Under the pieces are notes generated by a model, which saw nothing but the letters and a program-made list of their open reading frames with translations, had not been told where the DNA came from and did not search any database. A stretch of 61,535 bases of DNA, filler included, from Choristocarpus tenellus KU-1152 (lineage: Eukaryota; Protista; Phaeophyceae), in assembly GCA_964200185.2 (NCBI GenBank). It is 8 parts of 8 records of this genome, joined end to end, with 100 filler letters (N's around TTAATTAATTAA, not from the genome) between each part and the next. Parts side by side here need not be neighbours in the genome. Positions count along the whole stretch, not along the records: positions 47,437 to 52,213 come from CAXNAD020013101.1; positions 52,314 to 61,535 come from CAXNAD020003867.1; 6 more parts are not named here. One strand, written 5' to 3'. The position numbers and the translations under genes are program-made. Positions 49,150 through 61,535 of the stretch are shown here, in pieces (within the stretch, counting starts at the first letter, position 1; each line of letters starts with the position of its first letter).

Positions 49150-51900
49150 CATTCGCTTGCAACACCTCTGAGGGTGCTGTTGACACAGTGCATCCGGGTG
49201 ACACACCCTCTTGTTGGTATGTGGCTTTGTTGTTATGTGGGTCCAAATGGTGCATTCCAACGGTTGAGTCTTGAGACGTGATCGGGTCGTGTCGCATGGC
49301 GGTGGTATTGCTCTTCCAGACGGTGATACCAAGGACGTGTGTTCCAGGGTGCTGGACGTCGAACTGTCGCGAGGAGCTGTCCCTCGCAAAGTCGATTACC
49401 CTCGCCCTATTCTTTTTACTCCTGGAAATAATGGAACATGTGGAATAGGCGATAGTTACACACCGTGAGACCTAGGACCTTCGTAAGATTTGTTAAGCTC
49501 GATTTTGTAAGGGTAAATAATTCGCTTAGGGAAAGCATGGGTTTCCCCCCCTGATGCTGCTTTGTGTGGCACACACTGTTGACCGCCGGTGAGTACATAC
49601 TTTAGTACTTGTGGGTGACGCTTGGTGTAAGGGACAACATGACGTGGGTGCCAGACATGACAGACGATCCTCCGGCGTCATGTGAAGGTGCGGCATTGTG
49701 ATGCTTCTGCTATTGTATATCACGTAGGAATTCCGCGTGTTTCGTTGCAGAAGAGCTGAGCGTTTCGACCTTGATGTTGTACATTTTTGCCGTGTCGGAG
49801 AGATGAGGGTGAAAGGTTGAGCTCACCCCATCTTCATTTACCTTAACATCGGGAGCAATGCCCACCAGGATGGAGTTGTATATTTGACGAGTATATGGTC
49901 CGTGCTAAGATCTTGCTTGAGACATTCTAGGAAGGTCTTGACCTGAGGGTCGGGTGTAGAATCACGCTCTTTCTGACCCAGCACTAGTCGTAGGGTGCTC
50001 CCCAACGGCACGAACTTCATTCTCTTGCCCAAGAACCAAGAGGCAAGATCGTTCCATGTGTATCCACCTCGTTCGCCCTCGCGTTGGCCTTTATGGTCAA
50101 CAAGCATGGAGAGGAACAGGTCCATGATCTGGTCAGTCCTGTATTTCTTGTGGGATCAAAGGGTACTGGTCTTGGGCAGTGTCTTGAATGTCCGTTTCCT
50201 GAGGGGGAACGAAGATAGGTTACTGTGTGGGTTGTGGGGCTTTGTTTCCTTTTATGCTTTGAGTTGCAGATTGAAGATACCAACACAGACAACGTTGCCA
50301 CGTTCTGTTCGTAGATAGTGCTGCTGATACACATAGACACCACCGGTGGATTAGATAATAGGATGGAGAGCCAGTGACAGATATATAGTATGTACTGACT
50401 CATACTGTTGATTGATTTTTATATCATGTTCAAGATACACTTTCTATACTCAAGACAAGAAAATAAGTGATTCATAGTAAGTTAGTGTGGACGATTACAA
50501 ACCCCACACTATAGAAATAATAATGGTAGTCTAGGCTATAGTCTTACCCACGTAGTCAGTCAGCGGAATCGAGACCACAAGCCCCTTGTAATATTAACTT
50601 TGCTCACCTACACCAAGCTATTCATTGTCTTTCATCAAAGCACCAAAGCCGCGGGTCCAGTGTGGAATATTTCAATACCTTCTTCAAGCGAGGGGGCCCT
50701 TAGAAAAATGCTCACGGTTTGTAGGATGGTCCAGGGTAAGGTTGAGTGGTACCGAATACCTGTGAGATTTGTTATGTTGGAAAGTCAGAGACTGCGTCAA
50801 CAGTTCTTGGCTTTGCTTGTCTATCTTCGAAACGTGAGCATCAAGTATTTAGGTTCGATGCAATGGACATAGAAAACATTTAGAAAGCGTTCTGTAAGCC
50901 ATGAAAATGACACGGACATACATATTCTGCCGTACGACAAAAGACAGGTTGTTGCTTTCTCGGCTCATGACCGACGAAAGTTTGATGGCGGAGTTCACCT
51001 CGAAGGACATTTATGTGAACATGGACTAAATTTGGTGTCCTTTGTCGTACGGCAAATTGTTTGAAAAAGAGTGTGATAGTATTTCATTTAAGAAGACCGA
51101 GGTATACCTTGTGACTGACTTGGTGTGTGAAGGGCTAGGACAGAAACGAGACGAGTTGGCGCATTATGTGGTACGACAGAAGACAGGTTGTTGTTGCTTT
51201 CTCAGCCCATGAAGGACGAAATTTTGATGGAGGAGTGTACCTCCAAAAATGTGAACGTGAACATGGACTAAATTTGGTGTTCTTTGTCGTACGACAAAAG
51301 ATTTTGAAAAATGTGATAGTATTTCATTTAAGAAGCTGGATGTATTTCTTGTGACTGACTTTGGTGTGTGAAGGGCTAGGACCAGGGTCAGGGTTGTAAT
51401 GGAAGGACTTTGAAGAGTTGGGGCTAGGGTTAGGGTTAGGGTTAGGGTTAGGGCATTTCTGGATATTGAAAAGTATCGGAAATGGTGTATCGGATGTAAT
51501 GTTCAACGTGGAGAGGCTTTGTCATGACGTTCAAAGTTGTCGGTTAGACTGTTTTATTTGTATTTGAAAGATTCTAGGAACGTTCATCCCTCACTGTCAT
51601 ATTTAGGATACGCCTGGACTGTATTTGACGTATGTCTAATGGCAATGGTGGCCTGCGCTTACCTTTGGGGTGGCGCAAGACCTAGCCCTCTGGAGTCCAC
51701 GAGTCCATTTCCTGTGTTGCCCAGTTCCCCCAGCGTCTGTCTGGTGTCCACCCCACCTGTGTCATGCGGTCGTGAGTGTCCTCTCCTCGAACGGCGGCAG
51801 TGAATGCTCTATAATGTTCACTTTCGTTGGTTAAACATTGGATGGGTGAATAAGATTTGTGAGGAAGGGGGTGGGCACGGTGGTTTGGGCAAAGTTTAGT
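49150..51900 (-). mobile_element. Unclassified decayed element, copy 2: D-box-like exon, TTAGGG tract, 238-bp duplication, decayed ORF
   Basis: DNA similarity of 51425-51900 to 13048-13640; weak peptide similarity of 49150-50300(-) to 16200-17534(+). Boundaries not defined. Confidence 0.4.
50930..51382. repeat. Two-copy direct tandem repeat, ~238-bp period
   Basis: GTACGACA.AAGACAGGTTGTTG ... GTGAACATGGACTAAATTTGGTGT ... GGTGTGTGAAGGGCTAGGAC, starting at ~50933 and ~51171. Confidence 0.92.
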
Positions 51901-52824
51901 TTATTTTTATTAACTTTTTTTTGTAACTACAGTACCTACACCTATTTTATACCAAATATTATATACCAACCCCATTTTTGTACCGCTTTTTTCGACATAC
52001 TAAATAAAACAGGCTTTTGTACCGGAATTCTCGTATTCGGGCGATTTGGTACAGAATCGGGGAGATATTTACGTGAGTTTGGCGCGCGCGTAAAAATTAC
52101 TCGCGAAAAGTGCCTTTCTTCCTGAGTCATGACCACACAGCAGTACAGTACGTTGCTGGTAGGGGAAGAAAGTGGAAGCCATACCTTGTGCCGCGGGAAA
52201 CCTCTGCAAGATGNNNNNNNNNNNNNNNNNNNNNNNNNNNNNNNNNNNNNNNNNNNNTTAATTAATTAANNNNNNNNNNNNNNNNNNNNNNNNNNNNNNN
52301 NNNNNNNNNNNNNGAGGGAAGGCAAGTATAGGATAATCTCCAGAGACACAGTTTGGAGACCGTTCTCCACCTCCTCCCGTACCCACCATAGGGTATAGAC
52401 GGGGACGCTTGGTGTCAGAACCAGGACTTTCCTCACTATCTTCCCCTGAGCAGCCAGAGGTGTCCGTGTCCTACATTCAGGGTACACATGAATTGACACT
52501 TTGAGTCAAACCCTTTGTGAATGTCTGTGAATTCGGCGTGCTACCCTGTCCATAAACTTTTTTCTATGACCAATCTATTCTATGAACGAAACAGGACATA
52601 TTATTTGTGAAGTAATCCACGATATTGATTTGTCTGTTAGTGGGGTAACAACATACGACAAACAATGCATCGAATGTTACCAATCATCTGAATGGTCATC
52701 ACTCGCTGAGGCAACCTTGGTAAAACACCAAGCTACGAAATAAGAGGCGGGGTTAAAAGCGAGACGTAGGACCTCATATAGGTGCTTTCGTTCTTCACAC
52801 GAAAGAAACTCCAACATGGTACCC

Positions 52825-53355
52825 ACCTTGGGATCGTGGTGTTTGTCATCGTCCTCACTTTTGGACATCGATAGCACTGTCAACGAAATCGGTCGCTTGT
52901 TCGATCCGACGCTGGGCAAAAGCTTAAGAACCGTTGGATTTACTCCCTCATCATACACTCTCTCCCGTGCCTCCGATCCATCCACCAGATCCGATCCTTG
53001 CGTGCGGTTGACACCACCAACGCCAAGTATAGACCCACTATCCCCCACTTCTATCTTCATACCAGGCTTAACAGAGCCAACAAGCTTGCAGAGTCGGCGT
53101 AGCACGGACCAGTTGGCTGTGGAGGCACGGTGTCCTGGTCCGTGCAGGTCGAGGCCCTTCACGGTATCAGACCCGTTGTCAGCACGAGATGGACGGCAGA
53201 TTGTATCACTCGGCTCCAGCGGCTCTGGCATACCACCACTTCTCCAATATTCCTTGCCCCTATCACGGTGAAAAACACGATCTCCGATCAAACCTGCCCA
53301 GTCCAAAGGAACCTTCAAATGACCCACAAAAAACTCCCCAACTTCCGCGAGCAGA
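52825..53355 (-). CDS. Possible exon of an uncharacterised gene divergent from TTC14
   Basis: Long open frame (ORF 52677-53327) with coding-like composition and a donor-like AAG|GTGGGT near 52826. No domain recognised and no start resolved. Confidence 0.35.
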
Positions 53356-54105
53356 ACTTAGGGAATGGACTCAAACTCACCCAGCCCTTGACTTCTGGTA
53401 AATCTATTCTCACCCTGTGATGGACTTTCTCACAAATTTTTCCCTCCCCGCCAACCTCAGGGCCCTGCTTGAAGGTGGCGAGGAGGGAGTCTCATATCGA
53501 ATCGAACGGGCACGGATGGCCTTTGCTTTCACAATCTACCTCCGATAGTTCGGAATAAAAAATCCCCCCTCTCTGGCTTCCTGAACTCGACCAGATTTGA
53601 CCAGAGGATCAACACGGATGACCCCTTTTCCCTCTGCGCTTGATGCGTCTTCACAGGCCAACCTGGAGCTTGGGTCAAGCACCCACTGTCATGAAACTCC
53701 TCCATGTAGTTCCATGGGCAGGGAAGCATAAGGGCTCTATTATAATAGAAGAGGATAAATAAAATAAAGAATGAAACCGCTCTGAATTAATAATATGATG
53801 CACATAACAGAACAAGATTGTGTTAGTTGGTGTTGTGATAAAATAACTATTATACAAAAAGACAAACATCTTTAAAATGGAAGTGACAGATAATTTTTTT
53901 TTAACGAAACATATTGTATATGTGGAGATTGTAGAGTAGTATTTGGTATGCATAAAACCTTTCGTGCATTTTCGTCACTATAGGGTACACCCTTTCAAAA
54001 TGTGTACCTAAGTCACCTGCATCCCCAAATGCCAAGTACCTTGTAGCTTTGTATTGCGATAGGTCTGGGGAAGCAGGGATACCGATCCCTTGACCATCAC
54101 GTGGA

Positions 54106-57100
54106 ATGGAGAATGGAAGTTCTAATATCAAAGAACTGGTGTCAGAATTTCCGACTGTGGAGGCAAGGCTACAGATTCTACGGAACTTCTGCAAGTTGCC
54201 TGACAGCAAAGCAGTTGGTGTTGTTGGGGATCAGGTCTGCCGGAGTTGCACACTCCTCGGTAGACTGGGTATTTTTCTACACCCTCGCATGTTCCCGGAG
54301 ATCTGAAATACAGAGTCGACACTTCTATAACACATTTGCGGTTGTCGTTCCCTCTCTTCACACACGCCTCCAAGGAGGGTTCCATGCTTACCAGGGCTGG
54401 AGCTGGAGTCGTGGTTGACGAGGAAAACGACACATGGGGGTTCTCATGGATGCCTGCTATTGAGGAATTTATGGAGAACACATCAAAAAGTGTGTCCAAT
54501 ATGAAAGATATTGATGTTTCCTTATCCTTGGAGGAAGAAGGGGAAGGGCACACCCAACTCCAAGCCGACGGATCTTCGGAAGAGGACATACAAGTACGAT
54601 ACAGATTTTACTACCAAGACTGCTGTGAATGCGCATCTGTTTCTTTGTGGTGAACTCCTGTTGTATGAAAGTGGGAGGGTCATTGTAAGAGTTAGAATTG
54701 GAAATAGTTCGATACAGACGCCAGGTCCTGTCTTCACGCACCTCTACACTAAGTACGTAAATCCAGTCACTCATCCTTACCTGCTTCAATACCATCGTTC
54801 GAAAATGTACATATGGGTGTGGTTGTGGCATTTACATATGCAGGTAAAGGCAAAAGGTCGCAAAAGGAAACGTACATCCTCCATTTCTCCTAACGACGAA
54901 GACAGCCTCTCCTATAATGGGGTTCTCCTGGCAGACAAGTCCTTCCACAATCCCCACGCTGCTGAGACCATGGCAAATGCCTATGCGGTATCAAAATCAT
55001 TCTCATTCCTCGTCGATGTTGCGGATGACGATCGGGAGTGGGGGGGTTCAAGTGTAGAAGGGACTGGGGTAGAGATAGCAGAAAGTGGAGGCTGGTTTTA
55101 CGACACCGTCAGAGAAAAGCAGAACCGTTCCTGGGCTGACAAACGCGTGAAGAAAGGGGTTGAGCTGGCTAGGAAGGGACAGCACCAGGTGGAAAAGAGG
55201 GGTAGCGATGGGAATGTTGTCTGTGCCTGATTGACTGGTTGGTACCTGTGGCTTCTATCAAGGAAACTTGGAACAGGGTAGCATTTTAGATGTGTTGTGT
55301 ATGCCAATTCATGCTTATTATTTGATATGAAATGCTTGTAATATACTGAAGTTTGTAACTATCCTACTAGAAAAGATCAGAAGTACCCTCACAGAAACAT
55401 TGTGCAGTAATGTTCTCTTTTATTCTGTCGTGAACCTTGCTATGATTCCCATTCTCCCACTATCCTTTGATCCATATTCCTTGAAATGCTGAGGCCTCAA
55501 CTGCCCTTGATTTGGCTTTTTGCTAGACATACGTATAATTTGTTATTCTCTTTCTCTTCCTATTTAGGCAGCCGTTGATTTGTACTCTCAAGCGTTGGGC
55601 ACGTGTCCTGATCATGATGATGGCCTTGTAGCACGGGGTGCAGCATATGCAACCATGGGCCGACTACATCATGCACAGGCAGATCTCCAAAGAGCACTGA
55701 GATTGGATGCTGAGAATGCTAATGCTGCCCAATATCTCAAGGAGACCCGTAGGTAAGGTTCTGTGGCACAGTGACACAAATTTTCCTCTGCAATGTCATC
55801 TAGTAGTTGTGGGTGTGGCTACCGTAGTACCCAAAGGGCTGATAGACAAGTTTTTGTTGAACTGCATGTCCCATGTTTTTGTAATGTTGTCCAATTGTTG
55901 CCATCTTCTCTGTTCTGTTTCTCTTAAACTGTTTGTCATTGTTCATTAGAACTTAACTTGGCCAGACCAAGTTCCAAGAAGAATGACTTTCTTTCATGTC
56001 TGCAGTGCCTTGATCATGGACATGCACCTTGCTGTGGTGAAAGGCTCCAGAGTTCTACAATCGATATTATCTTTGAGTGTGTTATGTCCCCTTGCCTTGA
56101 TAATATCCAAGATCAAAGCAACACAGCTCAAGTGATCATGTTCAAAGAACAAGGAATTTCGACAAGGCTGTGTCCGGGGTTTTGGAGGGCTGATGGCGAT
56201 TCTGTCCTCAGTTACGGTTTTGTCTCATTCTGAAGGTAGCTTTCAAAGGTGCAACTCTCCAAACAAGATATTGTGATTGGAGAGCTAATAGGAGTTTGCA
56301 TTTTGTATCTCCAACTTGTAGTGGGTGGACTTCAGGGCATGTGCATTTTATTTTATGCTTTGTATATTTAAAACCAAGAGTATTTGTGCTGACCCATTGC
56401 AGGAGCAGTTCTCATGCCTGAGGTCCATGCGGTCAGGCCCTACTCTTAAATGTATCCTCTCCCAGGAAGCCTGTGATACCCTTGCAAAATGTGCTATTAA
56501 CATTGTGACGAAAAGTTAATGCAATCAACTCTTTCATACCAAGTCGAGTTCACACTGGGCTTCCCAGACACGGGACTGAGCAAGCTGAAGGAGTTCTGTG
56601 TTTAGTCAGATGTGAAGTTTCAGTTTCAAAGAAATGTCGATCTCAGAGAGCACCTGCTCTAAGCTTTGCTCTCTCTTCCTCTGCTTCCTCGTAAATACCA
56701 TTGTTCAACTGCTGTTTCGGTATGGGTGCTACCTCCCTCTCGCAGTTCTATGTCGCCTCCTTAACCCTCTCTTGCCTTGTCGCCCACTCATGTGGTCCAG
56801 GCGCCTAGGCCAAATGAAGGCCTCACATCTAACTCATACTCAAAGTGGAAGCATCTCCGTTGGTTCAGACAGCCACTTCAAGACATCAGCCAATGGTACG
56901 AAGGGGCAGCCACCAGTGGAAGCATTACCACAGGGGGCTGGGACCAGGGATGATTTCAGCGTTGATGTGGAGAAGGCTAGAGGTGAACCAGGAGGGGAAA
57001 CTGGGAGTCTTGGCACGTTGGTGGAGGATGTAGCAGAGGGGGAAAGGCTTCGCAAGGTGAGACTGCTGCTTGAAGAAGATGCCAAGAAGAGGAAACGAGA

Positions 57101-57464
57101 GCGGAGGAGTGGTGAGGGGGGTAGAAGTGACAAAAAGGCTAAGAAAAAGGGGAAGAGGAGCCACAAGAAAGGTCGGGACAGGGATAGGGAGCGAGATAGG
57201 AGCAGTGATAGGCGTAAAGACAAGAAGAAAGGCAAGCATCGAAAATCAAAGCGGGCAAGGTCAGGGTCTACAAGTTCATCTTCTGTGTCTCCGCTTAGGG
57301 CCTCTGTCATGTCAGGGGCAGTGGGCAGAAGGCAGGCGTTGGCAAGCGCAAGACCTGGCACTCTTTCCGCTCTTGAATCCAGCTCCTCAGGGGGGGAAGG
57401 TGATGTTGAGATTTTGGGGCACCCTATCCTGCAAAGGAAGAAGCATAGTCTGTGGGGTATATGA
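54106..57464 (+). CDS. TTC14: TPR protein 14-like; join(54106..54234,54375..54593,54844..55188,55568..55752,56801..57464), 513 aa
   Basis: Phase-consistent introns. FHNP, QNRSWADKRVKKGVELARKG...YSQAL...LVARGAAYATMG...ADLQRAL...NANAAQYLKET resemble the TTC14 TPR block. K/R/S-rich C-terminal tail. Confidence 0.85.
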
Positions 57465-60400
57465 TGATACTTCCAAGCAACAATAGTGTATGGAAAGGAG
57501 AGCCTTGGATGTGCTGACCTGGTGCATCTGTGTGTGGGGAAATCCTGGTGATATCCTACCGGTTACTCTTTGCCACACGAATTACTTCTTTGTTGTGGTG
57601 GACTGTACCTGTTTTGAATCATTGCTTGCTTGATGACCTCTCCATTGTTTTGTCCCTGCTTGAAGTGCTCTCCGTAGCAACTCAAAAAGCATTGAAGTGG
57701 AAGTGCTTCTAATGATACGCCACCACACATTTTAACAGAGTAGAGATGTTGAGGAGCACTCTTCGGCGATTTTCCGGTTCTTATCCCTGCCATTTGTTAC
57801 TGTGATTGCTGTGCACTCTTCTTGTCATGGTCCTCTGTGTGTGTGTAGCGTGATGTTCGCACTTCCGCCATTCAAGGTAATGAATTCCTTTTTGCTTTTT
57901 GTTTTTGTGGACTTTTGCCCCCCCTTTTCTAGCTGTCCCTTGGAGTCTTTGTGGTTTGAGCTTCTGCAACTGATTATGTCATCTGTGCATGGAACAACTA
58001 TGTGACTATATTAACAGAACATCAAAAACAGACGAAACCTCACCCAACCCTGCTCAGACAATAGAGCACTTTGCGAATATATGCTGGAGAGTCAAACTGA
58101 GAGGTAGGAAGGGTTGTGCATTATTAGGATGTCGAGAAAGGGCAAAATTTTGTCATTTTTCTACATGTACAGAAAGAGCCTTTGCTGAGTTGTGGTGCCA
58201 ATTTTTTTGTGTGTGTAAAGGGGGAATATCAATTTGGTGTCCGCTATTACACACATCAAGCCTTGATATAGGGCTTATCGCACAGGGTAAGAATGATGGC
58301 CCAGAATGCGAAAGGGTCCAAACCTGCCTGCCTCTCAATTGGTGTGACCCTGGACCTAATGATGCATTCCTCACGTCAAGCTATCACCTATTTTTTCCAT
58401 TACAGACTTGGAAAGATACTTGGGACCTGGAGGTTATCATACACATACGCTTGTTTATAGTAGTCGACGTAGTATGGATCTTTAGAAGTAGTTCAGCTTA
58501 TTCTGACGGAGACTGAGCTGTTTGAGTAAAGTTGTGTAGTGTGTAGGTAGTGCCTCTGACGATGATCCAGGATAATCCCCAGACAGTTGTAAAGATATAT
58601 TATAGTAATAAAAATATTGATGATGGGTAGGGACTGAGAATACGAGGGAGGTAGGAAAAGTTGGAACTGTTGTTATTAATCATCTCTGTGACGGAGGTAG
58701 CAAAGAAGAATGAGGTGGAATAATAGATGCGGGAGATTCAGGCGAAGGTAATTTCTGTTGGGATATAGCACATGGAGGGCAGGGAGTTTAGTTATTTTTC
58801 ATGAGGGGGACTCACCACGCCAATATTTGAAATATTTAGTTTTTATCTTACTTGATGTGATATAACTACTATTCTTTGCTTGAGGCTGGGGTCTATTTAA
58901 CCTGTGGTGAGAGGCATTACACACTGCACTACTTCTCATACTAGCCACTGTAACTAATTGTTGCATTGCGACTCTTTACACTGCATCAGTTCATGCCTTC
59001 CTCTCACACGTTGGGTTCAGCCATCCCACTGGTTATTACTCCGCCTCCTTCCTTGAAGGTCTTCCAGAACTCGTTTTGGCGTTGACTCTGCAATGACGTC
59101 CTTTTTCCCTTTATTGTCACAACAATAATATAATATGTAGTAGTGATGAACAAAGGGAAGTTCTGTAACCAAACCTCTCACAAGTCTTATTCTTAGAATT
59201 GTATCAAGAGAAGGATACTATTTTTTTGTCTTGGCCTTCACTACCTAGGATTGTGCTATCTTCTCAGGGAAGCAAGAGCTTCATCTCTGCATGGAAATGT
59301 ACTCAGAAAAATCGAGTATCAGCACAACATAATTAAAGGGGGGGGGGTTCAGGAAATGATATCGTGTGTAACCATGAATGTTCACTTCTGATCTTTTAGG
59401 TATATTATGTTTGATACAGATAGTATGGTTCAGGAGTAGTTAGGTAGTGCACATCAGTTGCACATAGATGTGATCGAGGGAATAAGAAACAATTCATTAT
59501 GTTAAGAGTGCTTAGAACGTTGATTTGGGATAAAAAACCCCGCAGACTTCGCTGAAAAGAATCTGACGTTGAGGGGGGGTTGGAATCCAATAATGGAACC
59601 TGGGAATAAATGGAAGGACTCTATTAACTTTATCAATAGGCACAGACAAACAGGGTGATCTGAGTATTGTTCTTCTACAATACTACACATTATATATATG
59701 CCTTGTACTACTACTGTTCCTAACTACTCTTTGTTGTATATTTAGGACTTGATGGAAGAGTCTAAGGTGAAAACATGCCACATAGAGTTCCATGATCAAT
59801 CGATTGTTCTTGTTGTCTTGTTGCTCGCGAGAGGCGCGCGCACCTGCCTGAGAGGTCCAGAACGGGGGTACCTTGAGCAAGCGATTAGAGTAGGGTATTG
59901 GGGGTGTCGTAGAGAAGGCGCAGGTGGGTGGTGTCTTGGAGGAAATAGATAAAGGTAACGCAATCCAAGGGTATGCCCACGTAAGGCCACCCATATCCGT
60001 CTACTTTACCGGAGGCGGCCCCAGGACAGAAGAGCATTCCTTGTTGCCTCGACAACTTGGGAAGACTACGAGTACTCCAGTGCTGCTTGATACGACACCA
60101 AGGTAAGTCCTACGTGAGGTGGACGGTAGCGAAATGCTCATATTCATCAGTGGCGATGGATAGAATGTCGACTCCCTAACCTCGGCTGTGATATCCCCCT
60201 CCCCCTATACTAATAACTCAAACTCAAGTGGAGTTGTACCGACCAGATGAGGGTTCAGCGGCAGCTGAAAGTGGACCCCCCTGTGCGGTGTGGAGTCAGT
60301 CGGTGGCAAAGATAGCTCTGGTGGTGGAAGGTTGGTGTACTTTCGTATGAATCTGCTGCCGTAAATCCCCAGGATAAGAGAGAGACCTTTGGTTCTGTGC

Positions 60401-61016
60401 GTGCTTTCTATTTTGCCTCGTTGAATCGAGGAATTGCTCAGGCGTATCTGAGCCTCTTCGAAGAGCTCAGTATAAGATGTTGACGAGTCTTTGAAAATGT
60501 TGGCATGGGCCTCGGAGTGGGTTGAACATGGAAAATTCCTTTCCATCCCCAAGATGGGTATGTACGCATTGGAACAGAATGGTCTGCATCTTGGATTACT
60601 GCCTATCCCAGGAATGAAGGCCATATAGTTATACTTTGAGTAGAGCTTCGTCCTCGTACCTCGCGTCAATGGCCAATAAGCAACTATCCCAGTCACCAGG
60701 GAGTGTCCTGACTTGTGAACTGCTTGAACGGGTGCCCTCAAACTCTCCATTCGGACACAGATAGCCTTATTAAGGCGAGGGCCACCTTACCCTCGCCTGT
60801 TCACATTCGTGAACAGAACAGGGGCTAGTCCCCCATACACACAATGCTCTCACAATGCTCCCTATGTCTTTGTCAAATCCATTCTCAGTATGTAATGCCT
60901 CCACTTTGTTTTTGATGTGAGAAATAATCTTGACTCTTCCTCTTGTTTCGGCGCCTGCCCAATCCCATATTTCGTTAAGCTTGGACAGTGTGAGATCCGC
61001 AACAGCAGGCATAAAA

Positions 61017-61535
61017 ATGTCATGGCCGGAGCAACTGCAATCTACTTCCGCCAGGGAGGAAGGTGACATTGCTGCTGTGCAAGAACTCCTGGATCGTCTA
61101 GGACTTCTCATTCCACCGAATTCCCAGACAACAGCTGAGAATGAGGAGCTGCCACCTTTCCCCCCCACATCAAATGGCAACCGGGTAGCAGACAGTAGGG
61201 GTGACAGTGGCAGTGGTGGTGGTGGAAGCACAGGGTATGCTTGGTCAAATAGAAGACAATCGCCTAGGGGGGGTCAGTGGGTTGGGGGGTCGAAACAAAT
61301 GTCTCCTAGATTTTTCCAGAATTCCAAGGCTGAGTGTCCTGGGCCTGGAGGGTTAGGGGGCGGGGGTGAAAGATTAGACGTGGTCCAGGAGGGGACTGTC
61401 CAGAGTCAGGTGGATCTTAGCCAGCGAGGGATAACAGCGAGGGAAGCCATGATGCTGTCGCCAACTTTGCAGACAGCTCAGGGGGTGCAGTGTCTGAAAT
61501 TGTGTTACAATCACTTGAGGGATGATGGGGCGGCG
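61017..61535 (+). CDS. Leucine-rich-repeat protein (RI/NLRC3-like LRR), 3'-truncated by the window
   Basis: Open frame from ATG 61017 to the window end: MSWPEQLQ...VDLSQRGITAREAMMLSPTLQTAQGVQCLKLCYNHLRDDGAA (LxLxxNxLxDxG). A strong donor at 60102|GTAAGT may belong to an upstream or UTR exon. Confidence 0.7.
   Translation, partial: MSWPEQLQSTSAREEGDIAAVQELLDRLGLLIPPNSQTTAENEELPPFPPTSNGNRVADSRGDSGSGGGGSTGYAWSNRRQSPRGGQWVGGSKQMSPRFFQNSKAECPGPGGLGGGGERLDVVQEGTVQSQVDLSQRGITAREAMMLSPTLQTAQGVQCLKLCYNHLRDDGAA

Noticed and set aside
56840-57361. Long antisense or alternative-frame ORFs over genes (also 10513-11076, 60770-61231, 8338-8760)
   Set aside because: Shadow frames of GC-rich or low-complexity coding exons.

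Overview
Eukaryotic nuclear DNA from an intron-rich photosynthetic stramenopile, most plausibly a brown alga or close relative. This is inferred from GT-AG introns, signal-peptide + ASAF-type plastid presequences and abundant TTAGGG tracts. The window is not one locus. Eight contigs are joined by identical 100-bp linkers (44N-TTAATTAATTAA-44N), so gene order across linkers is unreliable. Spliced models built by hand with consistent exon phases: an INSIG-like plastid membrane protein, a 5-exon GSCFA/SGNH-type hydrolase with a targeting presequence, an orphan gene, a putative F-box-GDPD fusion, a partial FAD amine-oxidase/carotene-desaturase-like gene, a Mic12/AIM5-like small protein and TTC14. 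The start of an LRR protein is an open frame at the right edge. The mobile fraction includes two internally deleted Copia elements, an inverted pair of decayed DDE transposases, a Stowaway-like MITE and three MITE families sharing an AAAGTATCT TIR core with 3-bp TSDs. The most unusual signals are: (1) TTAGGG tracts that replace telomere-like seed sequence at alignable positions inside repeat copies; (2) the F-box-GDPD fusion; (3) an unclassified decayed element family, found on two contigs, that carries a D-box-like exon, a TTAGGG tract, ~230-240-bp tandem repeats and an unknown ORF; (4) a 46-bp minimal MITE. No rRNA, tRNA or CRISPR array was found. All homology calls come from motif recognition, not database searches.
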